DNA of 32,000 nt from an uncultured Opitutales bacterium (GTDB lineage Bacteria; Verrucomicrobiota; Verrucomicrobiia; Opitutales; Intestinicryptomonadaceae): NCBI GenBank assembly GCA_934613415.1, contig CAKTSY010000005.1, forward strand, positions 150,001 to 182,000, read 5' to 3'. Below are positions 22,594-29,372 of the stretch, one piece after another (the first letter of the stretch is position 1; the number at the start of each line of letters is the position of its first letter). The position numbers and the translations under genes are program-made. The notes beneath the pieces were generated by a model. The model saw nothing but the letters and a program-made list of their open reading frames with translations, did no database searches and was not told the DNA's origin.

Positions 22594-25014
22594 TTAAAAA
22601 ACCGTTCCGAAAGAGAAGTTAAACTGCATTCCGTTGTCGTTATATTCGCTTGTGCGCATCGGGAAGCCCAAGTCTATACGCATTGGAGCCCCCATAAGCA
22701 CAATTCTCAATCCTATGCCGAAGTCGGAATTGTAGTCGGAAGGATCCCAATCCCAGTCGTTGGCGTTTACAAAGCCAATGTCGTAGAACACGGCAAACCT
22801 TACGGGGTTGAACACTTCAACCGAATATTCTACCGACAAATACGCAAAGCTGTCGCCACCGAAAGGTTCTTTTGTTGCCGAGTCTAACCTGCCCACTTTG
22901 CGGTATTTAAAGCCGCGCATATTGTAGCCACCGCCCAAAAAGTATTTTTCGAAATAGGGAACGTCTTTGTTGCCGTAGCCCATAACGGTGCCTGCCCTGC
23001 CTACAAACGAAAGCACTTGCGAGCCCCATTCAAAGGTGGGAATCCACCAGCCTGCCCTGCCCTCAAGCCTATATAAGTTTGTCTGCCCCATAAGGGGGCC
23101 ACCTGCTATGTTTTGCAAAAGTTCAAACCTTGTGCCACTTGTGGGCATCATATAATTGTCGCGGTTGTCTCTTAAAAAGCTTAGCCCCACTTGCGAAATA
23201 GAACGGTGCCCTGCTTCGTCTTTAATAAACGAGGGAGCGTCGGAACTTACGTCGTAGATTTGAACGTCTTCTACCGTATACGAAAGCCTTGTTTCTATAA
23301 GCTCGTAAATGCGCTTTCTTAAATAGAAAGTTGCCCCCAACCTAACTTCGGAATAGTAGTCGGAATAATAGCCCGAATCGGTTCTGAAAAGCTCGGTACC
23401 AAACGCCAATTCGCGGTTGAACACCCAAGGCTCTTCATAGCTTACTATAACCTGATTAGAATACAAACCTATCGACGCCCTTATGCGGAATTTTTGCCCC
23501 GCGCCCTGAAAATAGTTGCTGTATTTGCGCCAGTCGAAGTTTGTTTGGGTCAACTCTACCGTACCTACCAAGTTTTCGACCGTAGAAAAGCCCGCGCCGA
23601 ATGTAATATTGCCCGTTCTGCCCTCTTTAAGCGTAATTTTAAGATTGCGCCTGTTGGGAATGCCCGAAGCTTCGGGGCTAAGTTTTACTTCGTCGAAAAA
23701 CCTTGTGTTTTTAAGCCTGTTTTCGGAATCCTTCATTCTTACCAAGTCGAAAATTTCTCCCGGGGCCAATGCCAATTCGCGCAAAATAACTTCGCTTTTG
23801 GTCTTTTCGTTGCCGCTAATGTATATGGATTCCAAATAAAATCTTTCGCTTTCTACAATCTCTATTTCCAGGTCTATTGCGCCGGTTTTTAGGTTGGGCT
23901 TGCGCTTCATTCTGGCAAAAGAATCTAAGTAGCCGTATTGGCCGTAGTAGTCTCTAATGCTTTCGGCAGAAGAATCCACCTTGGCGGGCGAAAATACGTC
24001 GCCTTCGTAAATGTCGAGCAGCTGCATAAGCAAATCGGTGTCGAAAAGCTTGTTGCCCTTCATTGTAATTTTACCCGTTTTATATTGGCGGCCCTCGTTT
24101 ATGGAAATAATCAAATTCATATCGCCTGGGTTGTCGGCGTCGGGAAATTCGAATCTTATTTTCGACTCGTCTATTTCAACGTCTAGATAGCCCAAATTGC
24201 GGTAGTAGTTTTTAATTTTTTCGATATCGTCTTCAAGCTCGCTTTCCTTAAAGCGGCCGTTGTCGGTAAGGTACGAAATTACGGGAATCCAGGTATCGGT
24301 TTTCATTATACCCAAAAGGTCGTCGGCCGAAACTTTTATTTGGGCAGACTTTTCCTCCTTTTTGGTTTGAATCATATTCAAAGCCTTTGTCCAAAAGCTA
24401 GAGCCTTCTTCCTCTAACTGGGGCGAGCCTTCGAACAGTATGTTTATTATTTTAATGTCGCCGCCCTCGTTTATGTCGAAAATAACCGCGCCCAAGCCCG
24501 TCTCTTTGTTGCGCTCTACCGAATATTTAATCTTTGCCAAAGAATAGCCCTTTTTGCGGTAAAATTCCTTAAGTTTGTCTACGTCTTTTTTGATTTTTAT
24601 TTCGTCTAAAGGCGCACCCGAGTATGTTTGAATTTCGTCGCTTAGACGCGATGCCGAATAGCGTTTGTTGCCCTTAAAAACAACCTGCCCTATGCGTTGG
24701 CGTGTTACAACCTTTAGGGCAATGTCCATTCTGCCGCCTATGTCCAAAGTTTTTTTCGCCTCAACGTGGTCGTATAAGCCCGTAGAATAAAGGCTGCGTA
24801 TTGAAGCGTCCAACGCCTTTTGGTCGAACTGCATTCCGCTTCTAAGCTTCATGTGGGCTAAAATCGCCTCTTTCGAAACGTTTTGCGAGCCTTCTATCTT
24901 TACCGAAATTTGGTCTACCAAAGGTTGCGCAGCCTGCTGCTGCGTTTGAGCTATGGCCGTGCCTGCAATAAATAGCGACATTGCCGCCATTGCAAATATT
25001 TTAAGCGTTTTCAT
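22594..25014 (-). CDS. bamA: outer membrane protein assembly factor BamA
   Basis: POTRA-like repeats are followed by a C-terminal beta-barrel with alternating aromatic pattern, ending FNFSFGTVF. The track start at 25038 is a TTG. The ATG at 25014 gives a clean signal peptide MKTLKIFAMAAMSLFIAGTAIA|Q. Confidence 0.93.
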   Translation of the reverse strand: MKTLKIFAMAAMSLFIAGTAIAQTQQQAAQPLVDQISVKIEGSQNVSKEAILAHMKLRSGMQFDQKALDASIRSLYSTGLYDHVEAKKTLDIGGRMDIALKVVTRQRIGQVVFKGNKRYSASRLSDEIQTYSGAPLDEIKIKKDVDKLKEFYRKKGYSLAKIKYSVERNKETGLGAVIFDINEGGDIKIINILFEGSPQLEEEGSSFWTKALNMIQTKKEEKSAQIKVSADDLLGIMKTDTWIPVISYLTDNGRFKESELEDDIEKIKNYYRNLGYLDVEIDESKIRFEFPDADNPGDMNLIISINEGRQYKTGKITMKGNKLFDTDLLMQLLDIYEGDVFSPAKVDSSAESIRDYYGQYGYLDSFARMKRKPNLKTGAIDLEIEIVESERFYLESIYISGNEKTKSEVILRELALAPGEIFDLVRMKDSENRLKNTRFFDEVKLSPEASGIPNRRNLKITLKEGRTGNITFGAGFSTVENLVGTVELTQTNFDWRKYSNYFQGAGQKFRIRASIGLYSNQVIVSYEEPWVFNRELAFGTELFRTDSGYYSDYYSEVRLGATFYLRKRIYELIETRLSYTVEDVQIYDVSSDAPSFIKDEAGHRSISQVGLSFLRDNRDNYMMPTSGTRFELLQNIAGGPLMGQTNLYRLEGRAGWWIPTFEWGSQVLSFVGRAGTVMGYGNKDVPYFEKYFLGGGYNMRGFKYRKVGRLDSATKEPFGGDSFAYLSVEYSVEVFNPVRFAVFYDIGFVNANDWDWDPSDYNSDFGIGLRIVLMGAPMRIDLGFPMRTSEYNDNGMQFNFSFGTVF

Positions 25015-26419
25015 CTTTTGTGGGCAAATAATTTTCAAATCGTGTATAGTTTCTGTTAAACACCAAGTCTACAACGCCCGTAGGGCCGTTTCTGTGCTTG
25101 GCAATGATAAGTTTTACAAGCCTTTGCGAATTTGTAAGCTGTTCGTCGCCGTCTTTCTTTTTCCAGTTCAAAAGTAAAATCAAGTCGGCGTCTTGCTCTA
25201 TAGAACCCGATTCGCGCAAGTCGCTCGGGCGCGGGTCGCGGTTGTCTTTTTCGGTTTCGCGGTTTAACTGGGCCAAAACAACAACGGGCAAATCAAGCTC
25301 TTTTGCCATTGCCTTCATACCCCTCGAAATTTCTGCAACCTGCTGTTCGCGTGGAACGCGGCTGTCGGTGCCCTTTAGCAACTGCAAATAGTCTACAATA
25401 ATAAGGCCAATGTCGTGCTGTTGCTTCATACGGCGTGCCTTTGCGCGCATCTCCAAAATCGTCATATCGGAAGTGTCTTCTATCCACATCATTCCGTTTT
25501 TAAGCTCTCTTGCCACGGCAATAAGGTCTTTTTGCTTGTCGCTATTAAGAAAACTGCCCTTGCGCAAAGTTTCCTGGTCTAGCTTCGCCCTAGAACATAT
25601 CATACGCATTGCAAGCAAGTCGGCCGACATTTCCAACGAAAATACCAAAACTTTTGTGGGCTTGTTGTAGGCAAACATTGCAGACTCTGCCATATTAAGC
25701 GCAATAGACGTTTTGCCCATACCGGGGCGCGCGGCAATAACAATCATTTCCTTGTTCTGCAGGCCCCTTGTTACGTTGTCTAAATCGGTAAAGCCCGTGG
25801 GCACGCCCGTATACGAGCCCTTGCCCTGAATCATTTTATTTATTATGCCTACGGCTTTGTCTATTTCGCCGTTAATGCTTTGCGCCGTATCCGAAATTCG
25901 GTCTTGGCTAATCTGCATTATTTGCTGCTCTACGCCGTCTATAAAATTTTCGAAATCGCCCTGCGACTTGTACGCGTCTTCTATTGCCTTTGTGCACGAG
26001 CGAATAAGCGCCCTTATAAAATATTTTTCGCGCACAATTTCTAGCCACGTTTTAAAGTGGGCAAAGCTTTCAAGCCTGTTTGCTATGTCGGCTATTGCCG
26101 AAGGCCCGCCTACCGAGTTAAGGTCTCCCCTCTTTAGGAGAGCCTCGGTTAAGGTAACAATATCGCAGGGCATTCCGTCGGAATTCAACGACAAAATTGC
26201 GGCGTATATTTTTTGGTGCTTCGGGTAAAAGAAGTATTCGGGGGTAAGTTTTGCGACAATGCAGGCGTTTACAACCGTAGAATTGTCGCTGTCTAAAATC
26301 ATACTTGCCAAAAGACCGATTTCAGCGTCTTCGCTATGTGGAAGTTCGGGTGCCAACAAAGACATTTGCCCCTTTTGAGGCAAATTGTCTTTCTTTGCAA
26401 AATTTTTAATATCGGCCAT
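25001..26419 (-). CDS. dnaB: replicative DNA helicase DnaB
   Basis: 472 aa. Motifs: N-terminal PHSEDAEIGLL, Walker A ARPGMGKTS, Walker B LIIVDYLQLL, and RESGSIEQDADL. Confidence 0.95.
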   Translation of the reverse strand: MADIKNFAKKDNLPQKGQMSLLAPELPHSEDAEIGLLASMILDSDNSTVVNACIVAKLTPEYFFYPKHQKIYAAILSLNSDGMPCDIVTLTEALLKRGDLNSVGGPSAIADIANRLESFAHFKTWLEIVREKYFIRALIRSCTKAIEDAYKSQGDFENFIDGVEQQIMQISQDRISDTAQSINGEIDKAVGIINKMIQGKGSYTGVPTGFTDLDNVTRGLQNKEMIVIAARPGMGKTSIALNMAESAMFAYNKPTKVLVFSLEMSADLLAMRMICSRAKLDQETLRKGSFLNSDKQKDLIAVARELKNGMMWIEDTSDMTILEMRAKARRMKQQHDIGLIIVDYLQLLKGTDSRVPREQQVAEISRGMKAMAKELDLPVVVLAQLNRETEKDNRDPRPSDLRESGSIEQDADLILLLNWKKKDGDEQLTNSQRLVKLIIAKHRNGPTGVVDLVFNRNYTRFENYLPTKDENA

Positions 26420-26440
26420 TTAGTGAATATATGAAACATA

Positions 26441-26513
26441 AAAAAGACCGCCGAAGGGAGATTGTCAAAACATTAAAAACATTCGACAAAAATAGTCGCC
26501 CCTTCGGCGGTCT
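26441..26513 (-). terminator. long-loop hairpin plus U-run between rplI and dnaB (candidate terminator/attenuator)
   Basis: Perfect 14-bp arms agaccgccgaaggg (26445-26458) and cccttcggcggtct (26500-26513) are separated by a 41-nt A/T-rich spacer. On the minus strand the structure is followed by ttttt (rc of 26440-26444), about 20 nt before the dnaB ATG. Confidence 0.5.
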
Positions 26514-26534
26514 ATATTCTAAAAAACTTCCGAC

Positions 26535-27038
26535 TTATTCGGCCGCTTTTTCAGCGGGGTTTTCTTCCTTAACCTCTTCTACGGGGTTTTCGGAAACGAT
26601 TTCAACGCTGATTTCAAACTTTACGTCTTTGTGAAGCTTAATGTGGGCGGTGTGCTTGCCCAAGTCTTTGATGGGAGCAGCCAACGAAACCGCTTTTTTA
26701 TTAAGTTCTACGCCGTTTTCGGCAATCTTAGCAAGAATGTTCTGAGCCGTTACCGAACCGAAAAGCTTGCCGCCTTCGCCGGTTTTAACAGCTATTGCAA
26801 TATTCATAGCTTCGATTTTTGCCTGCAATTCTTTTGCGGCTTCAAGCTCTTGGGCTTCGCGTGCAGCCCTTCTTGCTTGGAGAGCTTCAATTTGCTTTTT
26901 GTTGGCGCGAGTTACCGAAACAGCCAACTTTTTGGGGAACAAGAAGTTGCGTGCATAACCTGCCTTAACCGAAACTTGTTCGCCTTCGCCGCCGAGATTT
27001 TCTACGGGTTTAATCAACAATACTTGTGTTGTAGCCAT
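26535..27038 (-). CDS. rplI: 50S ribosomal protein L9
   Basis: 167 aa. The N-terminus VLLIKPVENLGGEGEQVSVKAGYARNFLFPKKLA is canonical L9. Confidence 0.95.
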   Translation of the reverse strand: MATTQVLLIKPVENLGGEGEQVSVKAGYARNFLFPKKLAVSVTRANKKQIEALQARRAAREAQELEAAKELQAKIEAMNIAIAVKTGEGGKLFGSVTAQNILAKIAENGVELNKKAVSLAAPIKDLGKHTAHIKLHKDVKFEISVEIVSENPVEEVKEENPAEKAAE

Positions 27039-27082
27039 ATCTTTATAGTCTTCTAATTTTTGTTTTTTTGTTTAAATTTGCA

Positions 27083-27541
27083 TTAAAATGGTACGTCATC
27101 GTCTTCAAGGTCGTCTTTAGCAACGTCTCTTTGGCGGCTTACCGGCTGCCTTTGCGAGGGGCTTGAAGATTCGTAGTCGTACGATTTTTCGAAACCGCCT
27201 TCGGAATTTTTGCCGCCCACAAATTCGAACCTTTCCAAAACTACAACAAGCTTGGAGCGTTTCTGGTTTGTGGTTTTGTCTTCCCAAGTATCCTGGCGCA
27301 GCCTGCCTTCTACCAAAATGGGCTTGCCTTTGCCGAAGTACTTGGCAACATTTTCGGCCGTCCTGCCAAAGCATTCAATATCTATAAAACAGGCTTCGTC
27401 TCTCAACGTGCCGTCTTGCGAGGTGTACGAACGATTTACCGCAATGGTAAAACGGCATATAACCGTTCCGCTTTGCGTCTGCCTTGAATCGGGATCCCTC
27501 GTCAAGTTTCCAAGCAGAATAACCTTGTTGAATGATGGCAT
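27083..27541 (-). CDS. ssb: single-stranded DNA-binding protein
   Basis: 152 aa. The OB fold reads NKVILLGNLTRDPDSR...FIDIECFGRTAENVAKYFGKGKPILVEGRL. The acidic tip is DDDVPF. Confidence 0.95.
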   Translation of the reverse strand: MPSFNKVILLGNLTRDPDSRQTQSGTVICRFTIAVNRSYTSQDGTLRDEACFIDIECFGRTAENVAKYFGKGKPILVEGRLRQDTWEDKTTNQKRSKLVVVLERFEFVGGKNSEGGFEKSYDYESSSPSQRQPVSRQRDVAKDDLEDDDVPF

Positions 27542-27578
27542 TTTTAAAGTCTTTTTTAATTACGTTAAAAATGGCTGA

Positions 27579-27869
27579 TTATGCAACCTGTATCATTACG
27601 CGGTCTACAGTCTTGTCCAAACGCAACTTTTCTTTGATGGCGTTTACGCTTGTTGTGGGACCTTCGTAGTTGATGCGAACATAAATTCCCGTGGGGAATT
27701 TGCGGTCGGTAACTCTTGCAAACTGCTTCGAGCCCATATTTTCAACTTCCGAAACTTTGCCTTCAACCGAGGCGATTACACCCTTTAGCTTCTCGATAAG
27801 AGTTTCTACGGGTTCTTCGTAAGACCTTGTGTCGAGAATGAATACTGCGCTATATTTGTTGTTTTTCAT
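27579..27869 (-). CDS. rpsF: 30S ribosomal protein S6
   Basis: The track start at 27905 is a TTG. The ATG at 27869 gives MKNNKYSAVFILD..., matching the S6 pattern (Y-x-x-vFIl ... G-x-x-x-F/LA ... G-x-Y ...). Confidence 0.88.
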   Translation of the reverse strand: MKNNKYSAVFILDTRSYEEPVETLIEKLKGVIASVEGKVSEVENMGSKQFARVTDRKFPTGIYVRINYEGPTTSVNAIKEKLRLDKTVDRVMIQVA

Positions 27870-28452
27870 CTTTATGTATTTTTTGGTTAATTGTATTTTG
27901 TGCAAATTCCACGCCCCGTTTTTTCATTATCGAGAACGCTTCAAGCACCGTGTCCGCCGCCGCAGGCATTTTTGCCAAGTCGGTATCCGAAAACGCGCCT
28001 AGAACATAGTCTGCCAAATCCATAGTTTTATACGGTTTTGCGCCAATTCCTACGCGTATTCTTGTAAAGCCTTCGCCGAAAAGCGATATTATGTTGCCCA
28101 CTCCGTTGTGGCCTCCGCCCGAGCCGCCCACGCTAATCTTAACGCGACCTACGTCGAATGCGGTGTCGTCGTATACCACCGCCACTTGCGAAATGTTTAA
28201 CTTGTAGAACGACAGCGCCCTTTTTAGATTTATTCCGCTTTCGTTCATATAGCCTTCAAGCTTTAGCAATATAAGGTTGTCGCCAAAAAGCGGCAGTGTT
28301 GCCGTTTGCCCATTGCAATATTTATTGGGCGAAAAGCTTATTTTGCATTTTTCGGCAATTAAATTTAGAATATTGCGCCCCGTATTGTGCCTTGTTTTGG
28401 CGTATTTTTCGGGCGAATTTCCCAACCCAACTGCCAGCTTTATGTTGGACAT
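27850..28452 (-). CDS. pth: peptidyl-tRNA hydrolase
   Basis: The motifs KLAVGLGNSPEKYAKTRHNTG, ...HNGV... and RIRVGIG are canonical Pth. The track start at 28479 is a TTG, and the ATG at 28452 (MSNIKLAVGLGN) is preferred. Confidence 0.92.
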   Translation of the reverse strand: MSNIKLAVGLGNSPEKYAKTRHNTGRNILNLIAEKCKISFSPNKYCNGQTATLPLFGDNLILLKLEGYMNESGINLKRALSFYKLNISQVAVVYDDTAFDVGRVKISVGGSGGGHNGVGNIISLFGEGFTRIRVGIGAKPYKTMDLADYVLGAFSDTDLAKMPAAADTVLEAFSIMKKRGVEFAQNTINQKIHKDEKQQI

Positions 28453-28509
28453 ATCAAAGAACAATGCAGCTTCGGGCAAAAACCCTAGGCTGCGTTTTTA
28501 AAATTAAAA

Positions 28510-29187
28510 CTATTTCTTGGGAGCCGCTTTTGCGTCTGCTGCAGGAGCTGCTGCTTTTGCATCTGCCGCGGGAGCTGCTGCTGCGTCGCCTTCGGCTGCT
28601 GCGGGAGCGGGTTCTTCTTCCTCTTCTTCCTTGTTGATGAAGCAGGAAACCAAAACTCTGTCTTTATGTTCGTTATATTCAACGCCTTCAAGCTTGGGCA
28701 AGTCGGCAACTGTAATTGCCTGGTCCAATTTCAAGTCGGTAATGTCTACCGCAATTTCTTCGGGAAGGTCTCTCGGGCGGCAAATAACCTTAACTTCGCG
28801 GTGGTAAACTTCTACTACGCCGCCGCCGTTTCTAACACCGTCTGCTTCGCCGAATACACGGAAGGGAATAACCGCATGCATGGGCTTGCCGCGAACAACT
28901 TCGAGGAAGTCGATGTGCATGATGTCGTCGGAAATCGGGTTTCTGTCGATTTCTTTAATAACTGCGTAATTGCCTTCTTTGCCGTCGCCGAAGTCCAATT
29001 CGAGCAATACCGCTTTGCCAACGACCGACTTTTCGACCTTGGAAAAATCCGCCTTGTTTACTACGAGGGGCTGCGAGCCGCTTTCTCCGTAGATTACCGA
29101 CGGTATGCCGCCGCTTTTACGGCAGCGCTTTGCTGTATTGTTGCCTGTTTCCTGACGAACTTTTACTGGGATTTTTACCTGTTTCAT
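28510..29187 (-). CDS. rplY: 50S ribosomal protein L25 / general stress protein Ctc form, with Ala/Pro/Lys-rich tail
   Basis: 225 aa. Motifs: GNNTAKRCRKSGGIPSVIYG, ...IMHIDFLEV..., a second beta-domain, and an acidic EEEEEE run followed by an A/P/K tail. Confidence 0.9.
   Translation of the reverse strand: MKQVKIPVKVRQETGNNTAKRCRKSGGIPSVIYGESGSQPLVVNKADFSKVEKSVVGKAVLLELDFGDGKEGNYAVIKEIDRNPISDDIMHIDFLEVVRGKPMHAVIPFRVFGEADGVRNGGGVVEVYHREVKVICRPRDLPEEIAVDITDLKLDQAITVADLPKLEGVEYNEHKDRVLVSCFINKEEEEEEPAPAAAEGDAAAAPAADAKAAAPAADAKAAPKK
28526..28579. repeat. 27-nt imperfect tandem duplication inside the rplY tail
   Basis: The units gcttttgcgtctgctgcaggagctgct (28526-28552) and gcttttgcatctgccgcgggagctgct (28553-28579) differ at 3 of 27 positions. 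They encode AAAPAADAK twice on the minus strand. Confidence 0.8.
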
Positions 29188-29372
29188 TTGAGTATTGCTA
29201 TGTTTTTTAGAAATTTATGGGTAATATTTGCACCATATTTATATGCGCAAACACACCTTTAAAAGATTTACAAGTTACGCCCTTGTGTATAAAAAGCAAC
29301 ACATTTTTTAAATTATTTTTAAAAATAAGTGTTTGAATTCTCAAAAATTATTCTTTTTATTTAGTAAATATT

